Under the pieces are notes generated by a model. That model saw only the letters and a program-made list of their open reading frames with translations. It did no database searches and was not told where the DNA came from. From Pseudomonadota bacterium (GTDB lineage: Bacteria > Pseudomonadota > Alphaproteobacteria > Rhizobiales > Xanthobacteraceae), in assembly GCA_016195095.1 (NCBI GenBank), contig JACQAE010000073.1:1-52515 (forward strand): a stretch of 52,515 bases of DNA, in the 5' to 3' direction. Below are positions 25,704-34,850 of this stretch, piece after piece. A program made the translations under genes and the position numbers. The stretch's first letter is position 1, and each line of letters opens with the position of its first letter.

Positions 25704-26366
25704 ATGGACGTATCGCCAACCAGAAAATCGCAATCCGCCGACACCGGCGAGCGTGTCGCGCGGCATCATCTCCTTGATCGCCTTTACCACTGGCTGATGG
25801 CGGTCGCGACGCTGGTATTGATGGCGTCGGCGTTCCTGCCGATCCTTGGGGTGAAATTCCAATGGCTCGAAATGCATTGGATGAGCGGGGTGCTGCTTGC
25901 CGTGCTGATCGCGATCCACGGCGTGCGTGCCGTTTTGTGGCAGGATTGGCGCGCCATGATGATCGGTGTCGATGATGGTCGTGAATTATGCCGCAGCTTC
26001 GCGCGTGCGCTGGGCTTCGGCGGCGCGTCCCCCGCGCTCCCGGGAAAGTACGATGCCGCGCAAAAATTCTATCACCTGGGCATGGCGGCGCTGGTTCTGG
26101 CGGTGATCGCGAGCGGATTGCTGATGTTGCTCAAGATCGATACGCCGTTCTGGCGTCGCGATCCATATTGGTTTTCGGGGGCGACGTGGGGCATTATCTA
26201 CGTGGTTCACGGCCTCGCGGCCATGGCGATGGTCACAATGCTGATGATCCATGTCTATTTCGCCTTGCGCCCGGATGAATGGTATCTCACGCGCTCGATG
26301 TTGCGCGGCTGGATCACACGCAAGGAATATTCCGAGCACCACGACGCCGCACGCTGGAAGGCGTGA
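25704..26366 (+). CDS. Membrane b-type cytochrome (FdnI/PhsC/Ni-Fe-hydrogenase cytochrome b family)
   Basis: Four TM helices with His residues placed for haem ligation (HHLLDRLYHW, IAIHGV, FYHLG, VVHGLAAMAMVTMLMIHVYF). Confidence 0.75.
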   Translation: MDVSPTRKSQSADTGERVARHHLLDRLYHWLMAVATLVLMASAFLPILGVKFQWLEMHWMSGVLLAVLIAIHGVRAVLWQDWRAMMIGVDDGRELCRSFARALGFGGASPALPGKYDAAQKFYHLGMAALVLAVIASGLLMLLKIDTPFWRRDPYWFSGATWGIIYVVHGLAAMAMVTMLMIHVYFALRPDEWYLTRSMLRGWITRKEYSEHHDAARWKA

Positions 26367-26415
26367 GCGGGTCGGCATCTTCCCGTTGACGCGGACGCTG
26401 AAAGAAGGACCCGCC

Positions 26416-26709
26416 ATGACGGCGCAAGAGCCACGCATGCCGCAAACAGCGGCCGACGCGATCGATGTCATCGAGGCCACCTATGAGCTGATGTTGGCGT
26501 ATGCCGCGCAGGGACGCGCGCGCGAGGAGGATGATCCGCTGGGCATTCGCGCGGCGCTTCGGCGCGCGGACAGCGCCTTCGACCTGCTCGAGGCGGCGAC
26601 CCCGCGCGACATGGGCGTGCCCGTGGGTGCCGAGGCGGCGACCGCCGCCATGCTCGCCGTGCTGCGGCAGGATATCGCCAAGGCGCGCGCGGCCTTCCTA
26701 AGCGTTTGA
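26416..26709 (+). CDS. Hypothetical helical protein (97 aa)
   Basis: MTAQEPRMPQTAADAIDVIEATYELMLAYAAQGRA... with GAAAGAAGGA upstream of the ATG. No family was recognised. Confidence 0.45.
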   Translation: MTAQEPRMPQTAADAIDVIEATYELMLAYAAQGRAREEDDPLGIRAALRRADSAFDLLEAATPRDMGVPVGAEAATAAMLAVLRQDIAKARAAFLSV

Positions 26710-26791
26710 TTCCAACTCCGCAAAAAAACGGCCGGGTAGGATTACGTCTTAACCTGGCGCCATTGCATCGAGAGCCTTATCGCTTCAAATT

Positions 26792-26909
26792 GAATCATGC
26801 GATCGCTCCAAGACTTTGATCGAGCATGACCCTCTCTGAAAACCGATTTCTTTTTTCGCGATCATGCTCTTGTGCGGCAAGATTCGCGGTCTGGGGCGCA
26901 TTGCGATTC
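26792..26909. repeat. Long imperfect inverted repeat (REP/MITE-like intergenic element)
   Basis: Left arm GAATCATGCGATCGCTCCAAGAC..GAGCATGA and right arm TCATGCTC..GTCTGGGGCGCATTGCGATTC flank a central CTCTCTGAAAACCGATTTCTTTTTTCGCGA. From memory it resembles a repeat family common in Rhizobiales intergenic regions. Confidence 0.55.
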
Positions 26910-27174
26910 CATTAAATCGGCAAACGCTTGATGGTCTTTGGCTTTGTCGCGTTTTCCCTGGCGAATTGGTTCTCACGTTGCCGGAATATGCGCTCATTGG
27001 TGCTCAAGATCATCGTCGCAGACTTCGCCGGCGCCGGGCAATAGCGGCTCTCACAGGCAATCACTCGCGCCGGGACGCCAGCCATTCCGCGTGTCAATCG
27101 CCGACCGCCGTGGCCGCGCCGCATTCTCCGCAAGCCGATACCGCGACAGCGGACCGCCGTCGATTGCCGGCGTC

Positions 27175-28179
27175 TTATCCGGCGGTTTCGCTGGTTTCCA
27201 TCAGCCCGGAATTGCGGCGGATTGCCCGACGCGTCATCTTTTGCGCGAGATTTTTCGCGACCCCGGGCCGGCTCCAGGGACAGACGGCGATGCAAATCGC
27301 GCAACCATACGTTTCGTGGAAATAGCCGATGCATTTATCGAAATCGACATACCATTTCTGATCGCCGCGAACGACCTGTTTGTCTTCGAAAATTGCCTGC
27401 GGCGGGCATGCATTCGTGCAGAGTTGGCAGCTTGTGCAGAAATCGTCGGCGCCAAACATGTCGGGTTGATCGACAACAAGCGGCATGTCGGTTCGCACGG
27501 CGGCGAGCCGAAATGACGAACCCAACTCACGATTGATGATCGAACCGTGCTTGCCGAGCTCGCCAAAACCCGCGGCAAGCGCCGCCGGGACAAGGCTGAC
27601 CGGCCCGGCCAACGGCCCGCCATGTGCGTCGGCATGATAGCCTTGCGCATGAATCCAGTTGGCGAGTTTGCGCGCCGCGCGGGTTCCCCGATTGTATTTT
27701 TCCATGACTTCGATGCCGGCGGCGATGGCCGGCGCGGTCGAGAGATGGTCGTAATCCATGGCAACGCCGAGCACGATTAGCCACGGCTCCGTCGCCTCAT
27801 ATCTGTCGTATACCCAGAGCGGGTCGAGGCGGACGATACCGACGAGATCGGCCTCGTGAGCGCGCGCGAATTCCTTGACCTTCGCCGACCACGCTTGGGC
27901 GGTATTCTCGACGACCACGGGCGCCACCGGTTCGCGTTTGGTCGGGCCACGATCGCCACGGCGCAGCACCGCCTTCAAGCGTGGATCGGAATCCATGCGC
28001 TCGAACAGCGCCTGTTGCAGTCTCGCGAACGGCATTTCCAGATTCATATGCCAAAAGATCGGACTCGGTCGGCGCCGCCGTGGCTCGCCGAGGCCGTTGA
28101 CTGTATTGCCCGACACAGACGGAAACAGGCGTCCGAGTGCCTCGGGCATTCGATATAGCGCTCGTTTCACCACGCCCAT
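27175..28179 (-). CDS. 4Fe-4S dicluster protein of the QueG / reductive-dehalogenase-like superfamily
   Basis: Motifs GELGKHGSIINRELGSSFRL, CTSCQLCTNACP and CIGYFHETYGCAICIAVCPW. The start is uncertain because there are several in-frame ATGs. Confidence 0.7.
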   Translation of the reverse strand: MGVVKRALYRMPEALGRLFPSVSGNTVNGLGEPRRRRPSPIFWHMNLEMPFARLQQALFERMDSDPRLKAVLRRGDRGPTKREPVAPVVVENTAQAWSAKVKEFARAHEADLVGIVRLDPLWVYDRYEATEPWLIVLGVAMDYDHLSTAPAIAAGIEVMEKYNRGTRAARKLANWIHAQGYHADAHGGPLAGPVSLVPAALAAGFGELGKHGSIINRELGSSFRLAAVRTDMPLVVDQPDMFGADDFCTSCQLCTNACPPQAIFEDKQVVRGDQKWYVDFDKCIGYFHETYGCAICIAVCPWSRPGVAKNLAQKMTRRAIRRNSGLMETSETAG

Positions 28180-28222
28180 ATCCGCTCCTACCTTATTTTC
28201 ATTCGCGCCGACTGACCCCGCG

Positions 28223-29509
28223 TCAAAGACGGCGGTCGACGAATCGCGGCGTCTTGACGCTGCTCTCGAATTCCTTGGCCAGCGTGCCGCGATCCAGAAC
28301 GATCACAACCGGCGTCAGTCCGAATGTGTTTTTTACCGACTCTTGAAATTCCGCCGCAACGGCACCGCTTTCCGCCTCGCGCCGAACCTCGACCGATATC
28401 TGCAAATTCTCAAGATCGCGCGTCGTCACCAGCTCGGCCTTGAAATCATTGATATGGACATTCTGGAAAACAAAATCCTCGAATTCGGTGTGATTGAGGT
28501 TGATGCCGCGTATCTTGAAAAAGCCGGTGGTTCTATGCGCGTGCCTGAGGATGGGGAATACGGAAAAGGGGCCTGCGCCATCGACGCTTTCGCGCCAGGT
28601 CACGAGATCGCCGGAACTCCAGCGCAGGAATGGCGTGACGTTGTTGGTCCAGAGCGGCGTGACCACCAAGGTACCGACTTCATCCTCGGGGACGGGCTCG
28701 AGCGTCGCCGGATCGAGTACCTCCATCAGGTACATATCGCTCCAAACACGAAAGCCTTGGCCGGCCTCGTCTTCGGCGCCCATCAGCCCGGCTTCGGTCA
28801 TGCCGAAGGTGTCGCGCACTTGCGCACCCCATTGGCGTGCCAGCTTTGTGCGTTTGGCGTCGGACAATGGCTCGGCCGAGCACAGGATTGTGGTGACCGA
28901 ACTCTCGGCAAGATCGATGCCCTGCGCCTCGGCCAGATTGGCGAGGTGCAGCCCGTAGCTGCTCATGCCCATCCAGATGTTGGGTTTCAGCCGCTGAATG
29001 AGCTCAAGCTGCATCCGCGAAGGCGTGGTCGCGCCGGAGCCGGCCCAATTCGCGGCGATGCCGGCGAGGCCCGCCGCGCGCGCCATCAAATGACCGACCG
29101 GATGGATTCCGAGCGGAAATGAAACATGCGCCGCGCCGCCCTGCGCACAGCCGGTGCAGGCGTAGGTCCGCGCAAAGCTCGCGAGTGTATATTCGACGTC
29201 CGTGAAACTTCGCGGATAGAACAGCGGCGCGCCCGTGGAGCCGCCAGAGCGCCAGTATTCTGCGATGCCATCTGCAGGAGTGAGGCAGAAATCGCCATAA
29301 AATTCCTGATCGGAGAGGTTGCGCAACATTTCCTTGTCAAGAATTGGAATCTTGCGCCATACGTTTGGATCTTCGAGTTTGCGCAGGTCGATGTTGTCGA
29401 GTTTCCCCTTGTAGAAAGGGACGCGCCGCGCCTGATCGACAGCACGCCACTTACGGTTGCGTTGGATGTCTTTAATTTCGTCTCGCGATGTCGGCAGCCG
29501 CAGCGGCAT
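28223..29509 (-). CDS. Adenylate-forming enzyme of the PaaK / CapK / coenzyme F390 synthetase family
   Basis: Contains YWRSGGSTGAPLFYPRS (AMP-binding loop of the PaaK family), then ...TEAGLMGAE... and a C-terminal ACT-like tail. Start trimmed to MPLRLPTSRDEIKDIQ (ATG at 29509). Confidence 0.8.
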   Translation of the reverse strand: MPLRLPTSRDEIKDIQRNRKWRAVDQARRVPFYKGKLDNIDLRKLEDPNVWRKIPILDKEMLRNLSDQEFYGDFCLTPADGIAEYWRSGGSTGAPLFYPRSFTDVEYTLASFARTYACTGCAQGGAAHVSFPLGIHPVGHLMARAAGLAGIAANWAGSGATTPSRMQLELIQRLKPNIWMGMSSYGLHLANLAEAQGIDLAESSVTTILCSAEPLSDAKRTKLARQWGAQVRDTFGMTEAGLMGAEDEAGQGFRVWSDMYLMEVLDPATLEPVPEDEVGTLVVTPLWTNNVTPFLRWSSGDLVTWRESVDGAGPFSVFPILRHAHRTTGFFKIRGINLNHTEFEDFVFQNVHINDFKAELVTTRDLENLQISVEVRREAESGAVAAEFQESVKNTFGLTPVVIVLDRGTLAKEFESSVKTPRFVDRRL

Positions 29510-30244
29510 AAAAATCAATCCGTCGAGCTTTGTACGATAACACGCCAATCCATCGACGTTTGCAATACATTTTGCGGACACCGGATCGCGGTTTCGTCCA
29601 TCGCGCGTCGCCGCGCAATTTCGTTTGTGTCATGCCGCCGATGCGCCGATGCGCAATGCGCCGTTCCGCTCGGTGATCAATATGCATGAAGAAATTTCGC
29701 GGAATAGATCGCGGCTATTGCGGCGTGGTGTCGAGATGGGTGAGCATCAAGAGGGATGATTGACGCAGCGCGCGCGGACGGCTCGCGGCCGCGTTCAAGG
29801 TGAAATCGTGCTTGATGCGGTTCGGGGGCGGCAGGGTGAGGTAAGCGATATCGCGTTTAATCTCCGCGTGCCGCCGCCGCTTTGTCGCTCATTCGATCAA
29901 AACCCTCGGTGGCATCGCCACCATGCCGCGTAATCCGCGCAGATCCGAGATCACAATCAGCATGCTGGTCTCGATCGTCGGATTCGTGGCTTCGTCCCAT
30001 CGAGAATATGCTGGGCGCGCGATCCAGCAATGCCAGCATCGGGCTATTCGATGATGCCATTCGACGCTCTTTCCTTGCCACCTTATTGTCAGCCGACAAA
30101 TTTCCCGATAAGGGAGCGGATCGTGGGCCCAATTTTGAATTTGACGTGTTTGTGCTTTTCAGGCCGATTGTCCAAGACTTCGGTACAGGGGGATGCCCAA
30201 CCAGAAAGCGAGGAAGTCGGAGCAATTCAGTGGGGTAGGGTTCC

Positions 30245-31453
30245 ATGCATATTGTTGTGAGCGAAAATTTTGCTCCCGGCGATACGTCGACCGCCGAATT
30301 CATGTCGGCGATTGCCGAGGAAATCGCCCGCGATCGGCGGGTGGTGGTCCTGTCTGGAACCCCCGGTTCGTCAGCGCAGCGAGATGATTGCAACCTGCAG
30401 GTTGTCGAATTTTCCAATTGGCGGCCCGCGAAAAAATCGTTGACGTTGCGCGCCCTAGCCATGACTTGGTTCTGTTTGGCGACGTTCGGATTTGTCTTGC
30501 GGCGGAGCACGCACCTGACGCCGGTTATCGTTGTGACCGCGCCGTTTCTTCTGCCTTACTCAACCGTCCTGGCGGCTTGGATCAAACGCGCGCCGACGGC
30601 TCTTATTGTTTTTGATCTTTATCCCGATGCCATCATTGCCGCCGGGCTCATCACTCCCAACTCGCTGCTTGCACGGCTCGTGCGGCGGTTCAATGAATGG
30701 CTCTACCGCGCGCTTGACGTCATTGTGATCATTGGTCGCGACATGGAGAACCATTTCGCCCAATACCGCGCCGCGACCGCCCACAAGCTCGAATACATCC
30801 CGAACTGGGCAACGGTGTCGCCTCGATTGCGTCCGATTGACCAATGCCATCCGTTTCGCGCGGGCCGTTCGGATTGCTTTTTTGTCGGTCTTTCGGGAAA
30901 TCTAGGGTTCACGCATGATCCGGAAACGGTTTTCGCCGCCGCGCGACGGTTGGCGAATAATGATCGTATTTGCTTCTTGCTCTCGGGCTGGGGGCTTGGC
31001 TGGGAGCGGATCAAGCGCCTGCAACAGGCGGAGAGGTTGCCGAATATTCGGCTTATCGAGCGGGTGCCATCGGCGCAGCTCGAGGACTTTCTCGCTGTCG
31101 CGGATGTATGGATCATTCCCTATCGCAAGCACATGGCCGGCGTTTCGGTACCGAGCCGGTTCTATAATCTGCTCGCGGTCGGCCGACCGATCATTGCGCT
31201 TGCCGAGGCCGATGCCGAGCACGCGATGATCCTGAGCGAACACGACGTGGGCTGGGTCGTCCCGCCCGAGGACCCCGATGCGCTCGCCGCCACGATCTGC
31301 AACGCGGCCGCGGACCACGCGGCGGTGGCGGCGAAAGGGCGGCGGGCGGTCGGCATTATTGGCGACCGGTTCACGCGCGCGGCATCCGGCCGCGCCTATC
31401 GAATGCTGGCCCAGAGGCTGTGCCGGCCGGTGGGCTCGACCCTATCGGCATGA
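30245..31453 (+). CDS. Glycosyltransferase family 4 (GT-B fold, WcaI-like)
   Basis: Begins MHIVVSENFAPGDTSTAEFMS. The C-terminal half has ...FVGLSGNLGFTHD... and ...RFYNLLAVGRPIIALAE..., typical of WcaI-like GT4 enzymes. Confidence 0.8.
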   Translation: MHIVVSENFAPGDTSTAEFMSAIAEEIARDRRVVVLSGTPGSSAQRDDCNLQVVEFSNWRPAKKSLTLRALAMTWFCLATFGFVLRRSTHLTPVIVVTAPFLLPYSTVLAAWIKRAPTALIVFDLYPDAIIAAGLITPNSLLARLVRRFNEWLYRALDVIVIIGRDMENHFAQYRAATAHKLEYIPNWATVSPRLRPIDQCHPFRAGRSDCFFVGLSGNLGFTHDPETVFAAARRLANNDRICFLLSGWGLGWERIKRLQQAERLPNIRLIERVPSAQLEDFLAVADVWIIPYRKHMAGVSVPSRFYNLLAVGRPIIALAEADAEHAMILSEHDVGWVVPPEDPDALAATICNAAADHAAVAAKGRRAVGIIGDRFTRAASGRAYRMLAQRLCRPVGSTLSA

Positions 31454-31462
31454 GGTTCGCGC

Positions 31463-32416
31463 ATGGCATCAGCCGGTGAGCGTATTGTATTGCTGACCGG
31501 CGCGAGCGGATTTCTCGGGCCCTATATCGCGACCGCCGCGATCGAGGCAGGTTGGCGAGTTCGCGCCGCGTTGCGCAAACCGGCCGCCAATATCGGTGCA
31601 GATGCGGTGTTCGTCGGCGCCATCGGGTCTCGGACCGATTGGACCGCGGCACTCGCCGGCGTCGATGCCGTCGTTCACCTTGCCGCGAGGGTCCATCGTC
31701 CGCGCGCGGTTCAGCGCGTCGAGCGCGACGCCTACGTGGAGGTAAATACCGAGGGGGCGTTGTGCCTGGCACGCGCGGCGGCGGTGGCGGGCGTGCGGCA
31801 TTTCGTGTTCATGAGCAGCATTTTTGTAAATGGACTGGCGACCGATGGTCGCGCCGCGTTCAATGAAATGGACTTACCCGCGCCCGGCAGCGTTTATGGG
31901 GAGACCAAGGCCGCCGCCGAGGTGGGTCTGCGCGCGATTGTCACCCAGTCCGCCATGGCCTGCACCGTCATCCGCCCGCCGATGATCTATGGCCGCCACG
32001 CCAAGGGCAGTTTTCGTGCTCTTGTGCGCGCCATATCGGCCGGCCTGCCGCTGCCCTTTGCCGCGGTGCGTAACCGGCGTGCGTTTGTCGCCGCCGAGAA
32101 TGTCGCGAGTTTTGTCGCCTGGCGCCTCGCCGGCGGCGCGCATGGCTTCGAGACCTTTATCGTCGCCGACGATGAGCAGCTCTCCACCGCTGAACTCTCC
32201 CGCCATGTGGCTCGCACTCTGGGTCGGCGGGCGATGCTATTTCCATTTCCGACGACGATGCTGAGGGCGGCGCTACGAATAGCGGGCTTGTCGGATTTGG
32301 CGGACAGTACGCTCGGGTCGCTGGAAGTGGACACCGGTAAGGCGCGCGCCGCCGGGTGGCGGCCGGCCGTGACGATGGAAGAGGGCCTGGCACGTGCACT
32401 GCGGCCAGAAAGGTGA
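31463..32416 (+). CDS. NAD-dependent sugar epimerase/dehydratase (extended SDR)
   Basis: RIVLLTGASGFLGPYI (Rossmann motif) and YGETKAAAE (YxxxK); 317 aa. Confidence 0.8.
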   Translation: MASAGERIVLLTGASGFLGPYIATAAIEAGWRVRAALRKPAANIGADAVFVGAIGSRTDWTAALAGVDAVVHLAARVHRPRAVQRVERDAYVEVNTEGALCLARAAAVAGVRHFVFMSSIFVNGLATDGRAAFNEMDLPAPGSVYGETKAAAEVGLRAIVTQSAMACTVIRPPMIYGRHAKGSFRALVRAISAGLPLPFAAVRNRRAFVAAENVASFVAWRLAGGAHGFETFIVADDEQLSTAELSRHVARTLGRRAMLFPFPTTMLRAALRIAGLSDLADSTLGSLEVDTGKARAAGWRPAVTMEEGLARALRPER

Positions 32417-32759
32417 TGATGCGTCGGTCACCGGCCGTCGCCCCACGCGCGCGCGACAGCGAAACGCGCGCGCCATGTCACGCTGACATTGGGTTGTCAC
32501 GTGTTTCGGCGCGCGCGCTTACGTCCGGCTCGGTCGCCGCTGTATGACTCCCGGCTGTCGCGAGCGAAATTTCGGCTCAAATTTGTTGCCGAGAAACCAT
32601 TGCTTTTTCCGGGCTCGATCACCCGCAATGCGCACCATGCTGCTCCGCCTTGCCATGTCGGAATTCGCGAATACCGCTGCAATTCGGTGAGCCCGGCTTG
32701 CCTGGTCAAGGCAATTGAGATATCGACGTGGACGCCGCAGCCGCCGCTTGAGGAGCCAA

Positions 32760-34073
32760 ATGCGAGGTAAAGGACAGGCACTTTATCGGCGGGCGCGCGA
32801 AATTATTCCAGGCGGCACGCAATTGCTGTCCAAGCGGCCGGAAATGTTTCTACCGGAACAGTGGCCCGCCTATTACCGATCCGCCAAGGGTGCGGATGTC
32901 GTCGATCTCGACGGGCGCACCTATCTCGATATGACTTATTGCGGGATTGGCGCCACGGTTCTTGGCTATGCGGATCCCGACATTGACGCGGCTGTGAAAG
33001 AGGCAATCGATCTTGGCGCCATGTCGACGCTGAATTGTGCCGAGGAGGTGGAACTCGCCGAGCTGGTCATCGAATTGCATCCGTGGGCCGAAATGGTGCG
33101 CTTCGGGCGCGCCGGCGGCGAAGCCATGGCGGTTGCGGTGCGCATCGCGCGCGCGGCGACCGGCCGTGACATGCTGGCGTTCTGCGGCTATCACGGCTGG
33201 CACGATTGGTACCTCAGCGCCAATCTCGGCGAGACGACGGCGCTCGACGGGCATCTCCTTCCCGGCCTCGATCCCGCCGGCGTTCCGCGCGGGCTTGCCG
33301 GCCTCATGCGACCTTTTCATTACAATCGCCTGGACGAGATCGAGGCGATCGTCGCCGAACATGGCGACCGGCTGGCCGCGATCGTCATGGAGCCGGTGCG
33401 CAGCAGCGAACCCGACAAGGGCTTCCTTGATGGTATCCGCCGGCTGGCCGATTCGTGTGGCGCGGCATTGATATTCGACGAGGTGACCTCCGGCTTTCGC
33501 ATCAATACCGGCGGCGCGCATCTCGCCTTTGGCGTGGATCCGGATATCGCGGTATTCGCCAAGGGCATGGCCAACGGTTATCCGATGGCGGCCATCATCG
33601 GCCGGCGTTCAATGATGGATGCCGTGCAGGACACCTTCGTGAGCAGCACCATGTGGACCGAGCGTGTCGGCCCGGCCGCCGCGCTCGCAACGATACGCAA
33701 GCATCGCGAGCGCCATGTCGCGCGCCATCTCATGCGCATCGGCAAGCGGATACAGGAGGGATGGGAAAAGGCGTCGCGCGATGCGGCGCTGCCGATCCAT
33801 GTTTCTGGCATCCCGCCGCTTGGCCACTTTGCGTTCGATATTCCTGCCGCGCAGGAGGTGCGCAGCCTGTTCACGCAGATGATGCTTGATCGCGGCATCC
33901 TCGCCGCAGGGTCGTTTTATGCGATGTACGCGCATACCGACGCGCATGTCGACCGCTACCTCGCGGCGGCCGCGGATGTCTTTCGCGAGTTGAAAACGGC
34001 GGTCGATCAGAACGCCGTCCTGCAGCTCCTGCGTGGTCCCGTGGCGCATTCCGGGTTCAAGCGGCTGACCTGA
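32760..34073 (+). CDS. Class-III PLP aminotransferase, glutamate-1-semialdehyde aminomutase-like
   Basis: Motifs ALYRRAREIIPGGTQLLSKRP, FDEVTSGFR and FAKGMANGYPMAA (PLP Lys). GAGGAG lies upstream of the ATG at 32760. Confidence 0.8.
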   Translation: MRGKGQALYRRAREIIPGGTQLLSKRPEMFLPEQWPAYYRSAKGADVVDLDGRTYLDMTYCGIGATVLGYADPDIDAAVKEAIDLGAMSTLNCAEEVELAELVIELHPWAEMVRFGRAGGEAMAVAVRIARAATGRDMLAFCGYHGWHDWYLSANLGETTALDGHLLPGLDPAGVPRGLAGLMRPFHYNRLDEIEAIVAEHGDRLAAIVMEPVRSSEPDKGFLDGIRRLADSCGAALIFDEVTSGFRINTGGAHLAFGVDPDIAVFAKGMANGYPMAAIIGRRSMMDAVQDTFVSSTMWTERVGPAAALATIRKHRERHVARHLMRIGKRIQEGWEKASRDAALPIHVSGIPPLGHFAFDIPAAQEVRSLFTQMMLDRGILAAGSFYAMYAHTDAHVDRYLAAAADVFRELKTAVDQNAVLQLLRGPVAHSGFKRLT

Positions 34074-34180
34074 GGTAAGCCGAAAAATTGCAGATATTTC
34101 CGATAACCTCACGGCCCGCTCAATACCGCGCCATCGGAAACGAATTCCCGTCCAAATCGCCGGCGCGCTGAGCGCGCATT

Positions 34181-34846
34181 CTATGTCGCTACGCCAAATA
34201 TATCGCGTATCACGTCGCGTTGCGTGGGTGACGTTCTCGCTTTTGGATGCATCCCGTGCAACACCGCGTCGCCGGCAAGCTGCCCGCCATCGATGATGAT
34301 CGTTCCCGTCGACACAAAGGTGTTGGCGGCGACGCCGGTGCGGCCGATCACGCGGCTGGCGCCATACATCACCACGCCGCGGCCGAATGCTGGATACTCG
34401 TTGGCGAGGTTAGATCCGACCGTGCAATTGTGGTAACAGAGAAAATAGTCGCTATAGGTCGCTCGCCCGAGCACGGTGCCGACCGGGTGTTGCACGGCGA
34501 AAATCGCCGGCAGTCCAACTTCGTAATAGGCGTCGAGTGCGTGCAGCGCCTTGTTCAGCGCATAGGCCTTGTCGGCTATCGGATGGCCTGGCTTTTCGGT
34601 GAACGCGCAATTCGCCAAGTAATACAGGAAAACCGCGTATTGATCGCTGTGGTAATGCAAGAAGCGGGCGCCCTGCGCGTCATAATAGCCTTTCAAACGA
34701 ATCCGCGAAAAGCAGTAGTCGACGCGGTCAAGCGCGAGACCAACGAAACGGGGGAGATCGCCGAGGTCCGCGCCGTCGGGAAATAGGCCCTCGAATTGCC
34801 GGCGCACATATTGGGCAAGGTCCGCGCGTTCGAGCGACAGTTTCAC
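34181..34846 (-). CDS. Hexapeptide-repeat acyltransferase (serine O-acetyltransferase/CysE-like)
   Basis: C-terminal left-handed beta-helix repeats (GRGVVMYGASRVIGRTGVAANTFVSTGTIIIDGG). A GTG start at 34846, 4 nt after the hisF-like stop, is proposed because the longer ORF would overlap hisF by 176 nt. Confidence 0.65.
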   Translation of the reverse strand: MKLSLERADLAQYVRRQFEGLFPDGADLGDLPRFVGLALDRVDYCFSRIRLKGYYDAQGARFLHYHSDQYAVFLYYLANCAFTEKPGHPIADKAYALNKALHALDAYYEVGLPAIFAVQHPVGTVLGRATYSDYFLCYHNCTVGSNLANEYPAFGRGVVMYGASRVIGRTGVAANTFVSTGTIIIDGGQLAGDAVLHGMHPKARTSPTQRDVIRDIFGVAT

Positions 34847-34850
34847 GGAC

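Noticed and set aside
27875-29122. 415-aa plus-strand ORF
   Set aside because: It is antisense to the QueG-like and CapK-like genes and has a low-complexity sequence.
29582-30244. ORFs in the CapK-like/GT4 divergent region (29857-30510 minus, 29882-30238 plus)
   Set aside because: They have no RBS and no motifs, and one overlaps the GT4 gene. The region is treated as a divergent promoter region.
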